From contig CAIQWB010000033.1 in assembly GCA_903875465.1 (NCBI GenBank), positions 7,271-71,270 of the forward strand: a stretch of 64,000 nucleotides of DNA. The letters are read 5' to 3'. This document shows, piece after piece, positions 29,445-38,537 of the stretch. A program made the position numbers and the translations under genes. Below the pieces are notes generated by a model. It was not told the origin of the DNA. It was given only the letters and a program-made list of their open reading frames with translations, and ran no database searches. The stretch's first letter is position 1. The number at the start of each line of letters is the position of its first letter. Origin of the DNA: an uncultured Verrucomicrobia subdivision 3 bacterium (GTDB lineage: Bacteria; Verrucomicrobiota; Verrucomicrobiia; Limisphaerales; UBA11358).

Positions 29445-29675
29445 TTGGTGGCAGACTCGCGTGGACGACTGACGGCAGTGGATTTATTTCGCCCGGGCAC
29501 TGCTTACGACGCCACCCAATTACCCGACGGCAAAATTCTGGTTGCGGAACTGGTGGAAAAGGAAGTGCCGGAGGTTCGTGCCAAATTCAACGCGGATGGC
29601 TCATTTCAATGTCCGCCCCTGATGACCCGTGAAGAGACCCGGGCGGTCATCCGGGCAGACCGTGATGCCCGATGA
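29445..29675 (+). CDS. Putative antitoxin (SpoVT/AbrB-like N-terminus)
   Basis: Small ORF with a TTG/GTG start (an in-frame stop lies at 29415). The N-terminal SRGRLTAVDLFRPGTAYDATQLPDGKILV resembles a swapped-hairpin DNA-binding fold. Its stop overlaps the start region of the PIN gene. Confidence 0.5.
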   Translation: MVADSRGRLTAVDLFRPGTAYDATQLPDGKILVAELVEKEVPEVRAKFNADGSFQCPPLMTREETRAVIRADRDAR

Positions 29676-30069
29676 CAACCTATTGGGACGCTTCTGCGCT
29701 TCTGCGCGTGTGCAATCGGTTTATGATCCCGGAATAAAGGCGCGTTTTGAACTGGAAGGCGGGCTCACACGCCCCCACTCACTCGCTGAAGATTTTTCCG
29801 CGCTCACGGCCAATCCGGTTACCCGACTGGATGCGGATAGTGCGAGCCGGGTCGTGGGCATTCTTGCCGAGCATTTAGATTTTGTGGATTTGACGGCCAA
29901 GGAAACGGTGGCTGGATTACGCCAGGCTCGCCGCTTGGGAGTAAGGGGAGGACGCGTGCATGACTTCCTCCATGCCCTCGCCGCAGAAAAAGGCAAAGCG
30001 GACAAAATTTTAACGCTGGACCGGCACGACTTTGACGATTTGACCTCCGTTCCGATTGAGCTGGCTTAA
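29672..30069 (+). pseudogene. VapC-like PIN-domain toxin, apparently frameshifted
   Basis: The ATG at 29672 encodes a canonical PIN N-terminus, MTTYWDASALLRV..., that stops after 21 codons (29735-29737). The remaining PIN-like sequence (…TRPHSLAEDFSALT…VHDFLHALAAEKGKADKILTLDRHDF) is in the frame of ORF 29629-30069. Confidence 0.55.
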
Positions 30070-30190
30070 TTGAACTTGAAGCTCAATTGACTGCAAACCA
30101 ACGTAATCAGTGCTATACTCCAGAGTGCCAAAGGCGTGACGCATTGCCAGCCAAAGCCCAGATTCAGCCATTAGTGAAGCCGTGGTATGG

Positions 30191-31927
30191 TTAGTTTTTC
30201 GGATATTGCCACAACCAATCGCCGGTTTTGATGTCGAAATAGCCGGATGATTTCAAACCAACTTTGCCACCGTCATCCACTTCGTTCCAGCCCACGGAAT
30301 AAAGCAGAAAGCGGCCATCATGGGTGAGCCGGCACTTGAGTGGCTGGCCGGTGATGAGATCATGTGGAATCGCTTGGAGAAATTGGGGAGATAATTGAGC
30401 GAGCGAATCCGGGTACATGCCGTTGGCAAGTCGGTAACGCTCCAAGGCACAGGCGATCCGCGCCAGGCCGACTGAGTTTTGGGCAAAGGCAAATTTAATC
30501 TCGCTGGCAGTTACCGCTGGCATTAATAAGCCAGCGAAGCAATTCCACGGGCGCCAAGAAACGACTTCAGATTCAAGTGCTTCATCGGCTTGTTTTACCA
30601 GCGAAGGGGAAACCAAGTGCTTTTCCGGGTCACAAATCCGCAAATCCCATCGCTGGTACAGTTCCCCAATTAATGCCTGGTTCAACCAATACCAACCAGC
30701 GGGGGCGAGTTCATAACAAGTCGTCGCTAAAATAACAGTCCAGTTGATGCCACCTTCATTTTCATCATCAAGCAATATTTGAGGTTCAATTAGCACGGTC
30801 ATGAATTTGCTATCGCTTGTCTTTTGTCGCAGATAATCAATGGTGGTCAGGGCCTCATTTCGTTCGCTGCGCATGGCCAATTGACAATCTGCCAAAAAAT
30901 CCAGCTGGGCCAGCGTGGCTTCCAATTCCATCAGTTGGGTTGCCGACCACTGGTGGCGAGCCAGTCCCTCAAAAATGGGTTGCAGAGTGAGGCTAAATTG
31001 AGCCAGCCGTACCAGATGGGAAATGAGCAACGGCTCCGATCGGGTCGCATCCATCACTCGAAAAGCCAGTTGGATATCAGCCACAGCTTGGTCGGGGTGG
31101 CCAGTTTCAAGTTCTGCCAGAGCCCTTAATTGCAATACTTGAGAGCAGCGTTTCAGCGGGGATAAATGCGGAATTAAAGCACCATAGGGAGGTTGGGCGT
31201 CGTAATTAATGGGAAAGCGGGATTGCGGCAATTGAGCAGCGGCTCGCAATTCTTCGATGGCGGAATCGAAATTGCCCAGGCCAAATAAAACCGCAGCGGC
31301 GGCGGATGCTGGCTGGGAAGGGACCGGAAACTCATTGGTCACTGAATTCGTGGGCGGGGTGGCAAAGTAGAGTTGCCAGGATTTCAGGTCGGTAACTGTT
31401 CCCTGCGGCCAGAAACCATTGGTCGGTGAGTGCGGCCAGTCCTGATTCCGATAAATATTCATGGCGAGTCGATTCACGACATTGGTTAATGGCGGAGATA
31501 TGGCACGGCCATTAGTATCAAGATGGGCAGCGTAGGAACTGACCACGATCGGGCTCATGGCAAAGTTCTGGTCAGCGGGCATGGGCGGAGGAATCACACT
31601 GGCAAAATCTAATTTCTCGCCCGCGGCCATGGCTTGCTGCTGGAATTTGTGCCAGGCGTGCCAGCCGCGAACATCCTCCTCGGCATAGAAAAGGGTCACG
31701 GCCAAGGCAATGCAGCCAAATACGAAAAAAGTCCGCCGAACACCATGCCAGCGGCACAAATAAAATGTCAGCAAGCAGGCCAGGGCCATCACCAAGAGCA
31801 CGAACGTCCACACGGCAAAGCCACCGAAGACTTCGGTGAACGATTGCCCGTTGGTGATCACCACCAGTTCCGCGAAGAGCAGAATTGCCAGCAGCAACAG
31901 CCAGTACGGTTGTGGGTAACGTTTCAT
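30191..31927 (-). CDS. Hypothetical membrane protein (578 aa, 3 N-terminal TM)
   Basis: The ATG at 31927 (MKRYPQPYWLLLLAILLF...) starts a protein with N-terminal TM helices and a large extracytoplasmic domain. The gene is visibly more AT-rich than its neighbours. The ORF-track extension to 32272 is translated repeat DNA. Confidence 0.65.
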   Translation of the reverse strand: MKRYPQPYWLLLLAILLFAELVVITNGQSFTEVFGGFAVWTFVLLVMALACLLTFYLCRWHGVRRTFFVFGCIALAVTLFYAEEDVRGWHAWHKFQQQAMAAGEKLDFASVIPPPMPADQNFAMSPIVVSSYAAHLDTNGRAISPPLTNVVNRLAMNIYRNQDWPHSPTNGFWPQGTVTDLKSWQLYFATPPTNSVTNEFPVPSQPASAAAAVLFGLGNFDSAIEELRAAAQLPQSRFPINYDAQPPYGALIPHLSPLKRCSQVLQLRALAELETGHPDQAVADIQLAFRVMDATRSEPLLISHLVRLAQFSLTLQPIFEGLARHQWSATQLMELEATLAQLDFLADCQLAMRSERNEALTTIDYLRQKTSDSKFMTVLIEPQILLDDENEGGINWTVILATTCYELAPAGWYWLNQALIGELYQRWDLRICDPEKHLVSPSLVKQADEALESEVVSWRPWNCFAGLLMPAVTASEIKFAFAQNSVGLARIACALERYRLANGMYPDSLAQLSPQFLQAIPHDLITGQPLKCRLTHDGRFLLYSVGWNEVDDGGKVGLKSSGYFDIKTGDWLWQYPKN

Positions 31928-31989
31928 CAGCAGTCCCCGCAAGTATCTGGCGAGTGAGCCGTTTGTCAACGCCTGGGAGAGTTTGGAGC

Positions 31990-32340
31990 GGGTCCTGGCT
32001 GTTAATCCAATCGGACAAGGTGGTTTGGACGTCGAAGCGGCGTAAACGCCGCGCTCCGAGGGCTGGAAGGTCGCGGCGCGACTGGGGGACTTTGGAGCGG
32101 GATTGAGTTGGTAATTCGAGCGAATGAAGCGGTTTCTACAGTGAAGCGGGCTAAAGCGCCGCGCACCAAAACGCGAAGGTCGCGCCGCGACTGGGGAGCG
32201 CGATGGGTGGCATAGAATCCAGATGGGCAAGACGATTTCAATGTTGAGCCGGGCTGAAGCGCCGCGCTCCACACCCCGCAGGCGCGGACGCGGGCGCTAC
32301 CCAGGGCAGCAAATCCCCGGCTGGTTAATAAGCCGCATCG
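31990..32340. repeat. Cluster of GC-rich hairpin (REP-like) repeats
   Basis: There are three related units. Two carry GAAGCGG(C/G)(G/C)TAAA(C/G)GCCGCGC...GGTCGCG(G/C)CGCGACTGGGG. The third is the variant GAGCCGGGCTGAAGCGCCGCGCTCC... Each unit forms short stem-loops. Confidence 0.6.
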
Positions 32341-32378
32341 CACCTTGCCCTGCCCCTGGGGATGGCGTAACTTATGGG

Positions 32379-32787
32379 TGGTTTTGGCGGGGCGGAGAAT
32401 CGCTCCTGGTCTTCTGGATCGGGGGAGGAAAGTCCGAACACCACAGGGCAGGACGCCGCGTAACCAGGGACTTGAGCCCCGGATACACGCGGGCGGAAAG
32501 CTGGAAGGCTTTTTGACGGACAGTGCCACAGAAAATCAGACCGCCTCCCGGCGCAAGCCGGGCGGTAAGGGTGAAAAGGTGCGGTAAGAGCGCACCGCGC
32601 GAAGCGCAAGCGACGCGGCACGGAAAACCCCGTCCGGTGCAAGGCCAAATAGGGAATTCTGGAGCGGCTCGCTCCCAGCGGCGCGAAAGTGCCGCGGATT
32701 CCGGGTATCGGCTGCTAAGACAAATGATTCTCTCCCTGGGAGCAATTCCGGGCAGACAGAACTCGGCTTACAGCCCCGCCAAAACCA
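32379..32787 (+). ncRNA. rnpB: RNase P RNA, bacterial type A
   Basis: The P1 helix pairs TGGTTTTGGCGGGGC (32379-32393) with GCCCCGCCAAAACCA (32773-32787). Conserved blocks are present: GGAGGAAAGTCCGAACAC, GGTAAGGGTGAAAAGGTGCGGTAAGAGCGCACC, GTGCAAGGCCAAATAGGGA and ACAGAACTCGGCTTACAG. Confidence 0.93.
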
Positions 32788-32863
32788 TTGATTTCTGCCC
32801 ACCGGAGTGCCGAAAGGACGGAGGCAGCTTCCAAACACCCACCGCCCAACTCGAGCGCAGCTC

Positions 32864-34396
32864 CTAAATCGGGCGCCGCCCCGGAATCGCGGGCGCGCGG
32901 CTGATGCGCGCCAGGCTGGCGGGCGCGCTCAGATTTCCCACCCGGTCCATGGCCCGCACCACCAGCAGGTCGGGCGCAGCGGTGCTAAAAAACCACCCGG
33001 TTTGGCTGCCGGGAATGATTTTGAGCTGCCAGATGCCCTTGGTGCGCGTTTGTAACACCCAATTGCGCACGGGTTTGCCCTGCCCGTTGGCCAGGTAGCC
33101 CGGCTGCCAGCTTAAGCGGCTTCCCCCCGCCTGCGCATTGAGTTGCAGCACGGGTTTGCCCGGCGGCATGGCATCCAGCCAGGGTGAGGCGGGAACGAGC
33201 GCGGGTTCCCCGTAAGCCGAGCGCAAGGTTTCACTCAGAATCTGGTTGGTGGCCAGGCTGCCCAAACGAAAATGGATCATCCCATGCGCCGATTGTTGCC
33301 GGCTGATGGCGATTTGCCGGGCGATTTCATTGGCCGCAAATTTTTCCCCGATTTCATAGTCCGCCAGTCCCGGCCACACATGCCGGTTCAGGACATTTTG
33401 TCCCTGCCACCATTGGAGCAAGGCCGGAAAACTCTGCTGCGGCGAGGCGACGGACCAATACAATTGCGGTGAGAGGTAATCCACCCAGCCACTGGCCAGC
33501 CAGCGACGCGAGTCAGCGTAGATTTGCGCGTAGGCGTCAAAGCCCCGGACGGACGGTGGATTCATGGGCCGCCAGATGCCAAAGGGGCTGATGCCAAATT
33601 TCACCCAGGGCTTGGCGGCCTTGATGCTGGTATAAACGCTCTGGACAAAGTTATTGATATTCTGCCGCCGCCAGTCCGCCCGGTTGAGCCCGCTGGCCGC
33701 GCCATATTTTTGCCAGGTGGCCAGGTCGGGGAAATCAATATCATGCTTTTGTGCGTCCTTGAGCGGGTAGGGATAAAAGTAGTCATCAAATTGCACGCCA
33801 TCGACGTCGTAGCGGTTGACCACATCCATGACCACCTGCAAGACGTGCGCCCGCACGGCGGGTTCGCCGGGGTCCAGGTCGAGTTCCTCCCCGTATTTAC
33901 GGACCAGTTCGGGATGGGTGCGGGCAAAATGCGTCGGTGAGGGCGGCGACTTGGCGAGGGCATGCTGGGCGCGAAACGGGTTGAACCAGGCGTGCAATTC
34001 CAATCCCCGCGCGTGCGCCTCGGCCACCACGAAAGTTAAGGGATCATACGGGGGCATGGGCCCCTGACCCATGTGGCCCATCAAATATTCTGACCACGGC
34101 TCGAGGCTGGAGGCATAAAAGGCATCCGAGGAAGGCCGCACTTGGAAAATAATGGCGTTCAGCTTGAGTTGCACGGCCCGGTCCAGCAGGGCCACCAGCT
34201 CCGCCTTTTGCTGCGGCACCGGCAGTCCCGGCCGGGAGGGCCAGTCCTTGTTGGCCACCGTCACGAGCCAGGCCCCGCGAAATTCCCGGGCAGGTTCCGG
34301 CGGCGTGGCCCAGGCCGGGAAGTAGGCGGCATTTTGGGCCCGGAGCAGTCCGGGCAGCAACATCAGCAGGGCCAGATAGATTCGCATGGGCATCAT
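32864..34396 (-). CDS. Secreted glycoside-hydrolase-like protein (GHL10/DUF187, YngK/YddW family)
   Basis: The ATG at 34396/34387 gives a signal peptide (MRIYLALLMLLPGLLRAQ). Family-typical segments are present (EFRGAWLVTVANKDWPS, LNAIIFQVRPSSDAFY, ELHAWFNPF). The ORF-track start at 34600 is unlikely. Confidence 0.8.
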   Translation of the reverse strand: MMPMRIYLALLMLLPGLLRAQNAAYFPAWATPPEPAREFRGAWLVTVANKDWPSRPGLPVPQQKAELVALLDRAVQLKLNAIIFQVRPSSDAFYASSLEPWSEYLMGHMGQGPMPPYDPLTFVVAEAHARGLELHAWFNPFRAQHALAKSPPSPTHFARTHPELVRKYGEELDLDPGEPAVRAHVLQVVMDVVNRYDVDGVQFDDYFYPYPLKDAQKHDIDFPDLATWQKYGAASGLNRADWRRQNINNFVQSVYTSIKAAKPWVKFGISPFGIWRPMNPPSVRGFDAYAQIYADSRRWLASGWVDYLSPQLYWSVASPQQSFPALLQWWQGQNVLNRHVWPGLADYEIGEKFAANEIARQIAISRQQSAHGMIHFRLGSLATNQILSETLRSAYGEPALVPASPWLDAMPPGKPVLQLNAQAGGSRLSWQPGYLANGQGKPVRNWVLQTRTKGIWQLKIIPGSQTGWFFSTAAPDLLVVRAMDRVGNLSAPASLARISRAPAIPGRRPI

Positions 34397-34538
34397 ATTA
34401 GTGCATTGGCACAACCAATAGAACTGCTCGCCGGGCAATTGGCAAAGGATTTCTCGTAATTCAGCGGGCTCCTGACTAATATCGCCGGGATCCCGTCTGG
34501 CCGCATGCCGCGCCAGCCGGGAAGGTTTGGCAGGAACT

Positions 34539-36518
34539 ATGAAAGTGCGCGAGTGTTTTTTGCTGGTAAAAAATCTGGTGATTGGCCGGGCGCGGAACAT
34601 TTCCGATGAACGGCTTTACGACAACACCACGTTGATTGCCCTCCTGGCCTGGGTGGGCTTGGGCGCGGACGGGCTGTCCTCCTCCTGCTACGGTCCGGAA
34701 TCCGCCTTTCTGGCGCTGGGCGCACACACCTATCTCAGCCTGTTCGTGGCGCTGGCTTCCATCCTGACGATTGTGGTCATTTGCGCCAGTTACTCGCAGA
34801 TCATTGAGGCCTTTCCCTCCGGCGGTGGGGGCTATCTCGTGGCCAGTAAACTGCTCTCGCCCACCGTGGGGGTGGTCTCGGGTTGCGCCCTGATCGGGGA
34901 CTATGTCCTGACCATTGCCATCAGCGTGGCGAGCGGCTCGGATGCGCTGTTCAGCATGCTGCCCGTGGCCTGGGTGCATTACAAACTGCTGATTTCGCTC
35001 TGGGGTGTGATTTTTCTCACCCTGCTGAATTTACGCGGGGTGAAGGAATCGGTGATGCTGTGGGTGCCGATCTTTGCGCTGTTTGTCGCCTCCCATGCCT
35101 TCGCCATTATTTATGCCGTCAGCGCCCATATTGGCGACATGCCGGACATTGCCCGGGGCGTGACGACAGATGTGCAAACGGCCACCTCCCAACTGGGTAT
35201 CTGGGGCGTGTTGCTGGTGATTCTCCGGGCCTACAGCCTCGGGGCGGGCACTTATACGGGTATCGAAGCCGTCAGCAACGGCCTGAATGTCCTGCGCGAA
35301 CCCCGGGTCCGCACCGGCAAACGGACGATGATCTACATGGGCACCTCGTTGGCCGTGGTGGTGGGCGGCTTGCTGCTGGCGTATTTGCTCTATCACGTCC
35401 AGCCTGAGGAGGGCAAGACCTTGAACGCCGTGCTGTTTGAGCAAATGACCCTCTCCTGGCCCGCGCCACTGGCCCATGCTTTTATTTATACCGCCCTGGC
35501 TTCCTCGGCGGTGCTGCTCTTCATCGCGGCCCAAACCGGTTTCTTTGGCGGTCCCCGGGTGCTGGCCAACATGGCGGTGGACCGGTGGATGCCCACGCGC
35601 TTCGCCACCCTGAGCGACCGCTTGGTGACGCAGAATGGGGTGATCATGATGGGGGTGGCGGCCCTGGCGGTGGTCTTCTTTACGCGGTCCTCGGTGGACA
35701 CCATTGTGGTCCTCTACAGCATCAACGTGTTCATCACCTTTACCCTCTCCCAACTGGGCATGGTCCGGCACTGGTGGCTGGACCGGGCCCGCGAACCGAA
35801 GTGGAAACGCAAACTGTGCATCAATGGCTTTGGCCTGCTCCTCACCGGCGGCATTCTCATTTCCCTGTGCGTGGTGAAGTTCTTTGATGGCGGCTGGATC
35901 ACCCTCTTTGCCACCGGGCTGTTGATCGCCATTGCCTTCTGGGTAAAAAGTCATTACCGCCAGACTCAGGTGCAATTGCAGCGGCTGAATGAACTCGTGG
36001 CCGCCGCCACCATTGACGAGGCCAAGCCCGCCGGCCCCGTCCCGGTGCCTGCCTGCCAGACCGGCGCGCGCACCGCCGTCTTTCTCGTGAATGGTTTCAA
36101 CGGTCTCGGCCTGCACACCTTGCTGGCGGTGATCCGCATGTTTCCGCGGGTGTACCAAAACTTTATCTTCGTGCAGGTGGGGGTGCTGGATGCCGGCAAC
36201 TTCAAGGGTGCCGCCGAGGTGGAGAACCTCCGGGAACATTCCCAACGCGAGGTGGAACGTTTTGTGAGTTACATGCGCCAGCGCGGCTTCTACGCGGAGG
36301 CCGTGGCCGGCCTGGGCACCGACATCGTGGATGAAGCGGCTCAATTATGTGAGGGCGTGGCCACCCGCTTTCCCAATTGCACCTTTTTTGCCGGCCAGCT
36401 CGTGTTCAAGGACGACAGCCTCCTCACCCGCTGGCTGCACAACCATACCGTGTTCGAACTCCAGCGCCGGTTGTACCAATTTGGCCGGCCCATGCTCATT
36501 CTGCCCATCCAGGTTTGA
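34539..36518 (+). CDS. APC-superfamily permease with C-terminal cytoplasmic alpha/beta (USP-like) domain
   Basis: About 12 TM helices and an N-terminal segment LIALLAWVGLGADGLSSSCYGPE typical of APC transporters. A soluble C-terminal extension of about 200 aa follows. The start is taken at the ATG at 34539. Confidence 0.75.
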   Translation: MKVRECFLLVKNLVIGRARNISDERLYDNTTLIALLAWVGLGADGLSSSCYGPESAFLALGAHTYLSLFVALASILTIVVICASYSQIIEAFPSGGGGYLVASKLLSPTVGVVSGCALIGDYVLTIAISVASGSDALFSMLPVAWVHYKLLISLWGVIFLTLLNLRGVKESVMLWVPIFALFVASHAFAIIYAVSAHIGDMPDIARGVTTDVQTATSQLGIWGVLLVILRAYSLGAGTYTGIEAVSNGLNVLREPRVRTGKRTMIYMGTSLAVVVGGLLLAYLLYHVQPEEGKTLNAVLFEQMTLSWPAPLAHAFIYTALASSAVLLFIAAQTGFFGGPRVLANMAVDRWMPTRFATLSDRLVTQNGVIMMGVAALAVVFFTRSSVDTIVVLYSINVFITFTLSQLGMVRHWWLDRAREPKWKRKLCINGFGLLLTGGILISLCVVKFFDGGWITLFATGLLIAIAFWVKSHYRQTQVQLQRLNELVAAATIDEAKPAGPVPVPACQTGARTAVFLVNGFNGLGLHTLLAVIRMFPRVYQNFIFVQVGVLDAGNFKGAAEVENLREHSQREVERFVSYMRQRGFYAEAVAGLGTDIVDEAAQLCEGVATRFPNCTFFAGQLVFKDDSLLTRWLHNHTVFELQRRLYQFGRPMLILPIQV

Positions 36519-36523
36519 TTTTG

Positions 36524-37105
36524 CTACGCGGACTGTGGCCGGAACACTCCCGCCGGCGTCACCACGCAGCGCATCGGTATATCGTGGCCGGAAACGGGTA
36601 TTTCCTCGACCATCTGCTCCGCCAGCGCCACGCCACAAGTCATACCCGGAAACCCCGCCAGCCACCGGTCGTAAAATCCTTTGCCGCGCCCGAGGCGCCG
36701 GCCGGTGGCATCAAACGCCAGGCCCGGTACGAGCATCAAATCCACCTCCGCCAGTTCCAGTTCCGGGCAATGCGCAGCTGGTTCGCGAATGCCAAATTCC
36801 CCGGCGACCAAATCTCGTTCCAAGTCATTCACCTGCGCCGCCCGATAACTGCGGGCCTGGGTGGTAAACCTCGGCAGGGCCACCCGCTTCCCCTGCCCCC
36901 GTGCCTCGGCCAGCAGTGGCCAAACATCCACCTCGTCAGGCATGGGGGCATAGAACAGCACCGTCCTGGCCGCCCGCCAGAACCCGGTGGCCCGCACCTG
37001 CTCGCCAATGCGGGCCGAGGCAGCCGCACGTTCGGTAGCAGTAATACTTTTCAACCGCGACCGTATCCTGCTCCGGAGTTCAGCCTTGGCCTCGGCTACC
37101 GTCAC
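36524..37105 (-). CDS. 5-formyltetrahydrofolate cyclo-ligase
   Basis: 193 aa with the MTHFS segments VLFYAPMPDEVD and LMLVPGLAFDATGRRLGRGKGFYDR. The GTG start overlaps the rarA stop (GTGA). Confidence 0.85.
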   Translation of the reverse strand: MTVAEAKAELRSRIRSRLKSITATERAAASARIGEQVRATGFWRAARTVLFYAPMPDEVDVWPLLAEARGQGKRVALPRFTTQARSYRAAQVNDLERDLVAGEFGIREPAAHCPELELAEVDLMLVPGLAFDATGRRLGRGKGFYDRWLAGFPGMTCGVALAEQMVEEIPVSGHDIPMRCVVTPAGVFRPQSA

Positions 37106-38475
37106 GCGGGCCGGCCCTCCCGCGCCTTGGCAAATTCCGCCCGCCAGTGTTCGAGGCGTTCCTTGAGTTTCTTCTCCACGCCTTGCGTGGTGGGTTCGTA
37201 ATAACGCTTGTCCGCCCCCAGATAATCCTGCGCCACAAAATGGCCCGCGCCCTCGTGGGCGTATTGGTACCCCTGCCCGTGCCCCAGCCGTTCCGCGCCC
37301 GCATAATGGCCGTCGCGCAAGTGCTCCGGCACCGCCAGGGTGCGGCCGGACTTCACATCCGCCAGGGCCGCGTCAATGGCCTTGATGACGCTGTTGCTTT
37401 TATTGGCGGTGGCAATGTAGATCGCCGCCTCGGCGATGGGTATGCGCGCCTCGGGCCAGCCGGTGAATTCCGCGGTTTGGTGCGCCGCCACCGCCAGCAC
37501 CAGCGCCATGGGATCGGCCAGCCCCACATCCTCCGCCGCACAAATCAGAATGCGCCGGGTGATGAAGCGGGGATCCTCCCCGGCATGAATCATTTTGGCC
37601 AGCCAGTAGAGCGCCGCGTCCGGGTCACTCCCGCGCATGGACTTGATGAAGGCGGAAATCGTGTCGTAATGCGCATCGCCATCGCCATCGTACACCACCG
37701 CTTTTTTCTGGATGCTCTGTTCCGCCGTGGCCAGATCCACCACCACCACGCCATCCGCACCGGGCGGGGTGGTGAGTGCGGCGATCTCCAGCGAATTCAA
37801 GGCTTTCCGGGCATCACCATCCGCCAGCCGGGCCAGATGCCGGAGGGCCTGCTCGTGGGCATTGATTTTCAAGTAGCCCAAACCCCGTTCCGCATCCGCC
37901 AGTGCCCGCTGCAACAGCGCCAGCAAATCCTCCTCGCCCAGCGGACGCAGTTCAAAAATCTGCGAGCGGGAAACCAGCGGGGCGTTCACGAAGAAAAACG
38001 GATTGTGCGTGGTCGCCCCAATGAGCCGGATCACCCCGCTCTCCACATCCGGCAGCAGCACATCTTGCTGGGCCTTGTTGAACCGGTGAATTTCGTCAAT
38101 GAACAGAATCGTGCGCGCCCCGGTGTTTTCCAGCCGGTTGTGCGCGCCCGCCAGCACCCGCCGCATGTCCGCCACATTAGATTCAACCCCGCTCAGGCGT
38201 TCAAATTTGCACTGGGTCTGCCGGGCAATAATCTGGGCCAGGGACGTTTTGCCGGTGCCCGGCGGTCCGTAAAACAACAGCGACTCAATGCGGTCCGCCT
38301 CAATCGCCCGGCGCAGTAACTGGCCCGCACCCAGGATGTGCTGCTGGCCCGCATATTCCGCGAGGTTGTGCGGCCGCATGCGCGCGGCCAGCGGGGCATG
38401 CCGGCGGCTTTCCCCGGCAGGGGCATCGGCCGGCTGGGCGGCCACCGGAGCCGCAAACAAATCATCTCGCGCCAT
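37102..38475 (-). CDS. rarA: Replication-associated recombination protein A (RarA/MgsA AAA+ ATPase)
   Basis: Walker A LLFYGPPGTGKTSLA and Walker B ILFIDEIHRFNKAQQD. The C-terminal MgsA segments are DAALYWLAKMIHAGEDPRFI and GQGYQYAH. Confidence 0.92.
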   Translation of the reverse strand: MARDDLFAAPVAAQPADAPAGESRRHAPLAARMRPHNLAEYAGQQHILGAGQLLRRAIEADRIESLLFYGPPGTGKTSLAQIIARQTQCKFERLSGVESNVADMRRVLAGAHNRLENTGARTILFIDEIHRFNKAQQDVLLPDVESGVIRLIGATTHNPFFFVNAPLVSRSQIFELRPLGEEDLLALLQRALADAERGLGYLKINAHEQALRHLARLADGDARKALNSLEIAALTTPPGADGVVVVDLATAEQSIQKKAVVYDGDGDAHYDTISAFIKSMRGSDPDAALYWLAKMIHAGEDPRFITRRILICAAEDVGLADPMALVLAVAAHQTAEFTGWPEARIPIAEAAIYIATANKSNSVIKAIDAALADVKSGRTLAVPEHLRDGHYAGAERLGHGQGYQYAHEGAGHFVAQDYLGADKRYYEPTTQGVEKKLKERLEHWRAEFAKAREGRPA

Positions 38476-38508
38476 GCCTCCAGCATAGCACCGCCGGCGG
38501 CATTGCCC

Positions 38509-38537
38509 AAAAGAAAAAAGCCCTCCTTGCGGAGGGC
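38509..38537 (-). terminator. Rho-independent terminator (minus strand)
   Basis: On the minus strand, GCCCTCC-GCAA-GGAGGGC is followed by TTTTTTCTTTT. It lies 34 nt upstream of the rarA start and about 370 nt downstream of the nearest upstream gene. Confidence 0.6.

Noticed and set aside
31928-32272. N-terminal 115-aa extension of the 693-aa ORF 30191-32272
   Set aside because: The extension is translated hairpin-repeat DNA (…SRAATFQPSERGVYAA…). A Met at 31927 followed by TM helices is the plausible start.
35031-36344. 437-aa minus-strand ORF antisense to the APC permease
   Set aside because: Antisense shadow. The plus-strand frame encodes regular TM helices.
37147-38319. 390-aa plus-strand ORF antisense to rarA
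   Set aside because: Antisense shadow. The rarA frame has complete AAA+ and MgsA motifs.
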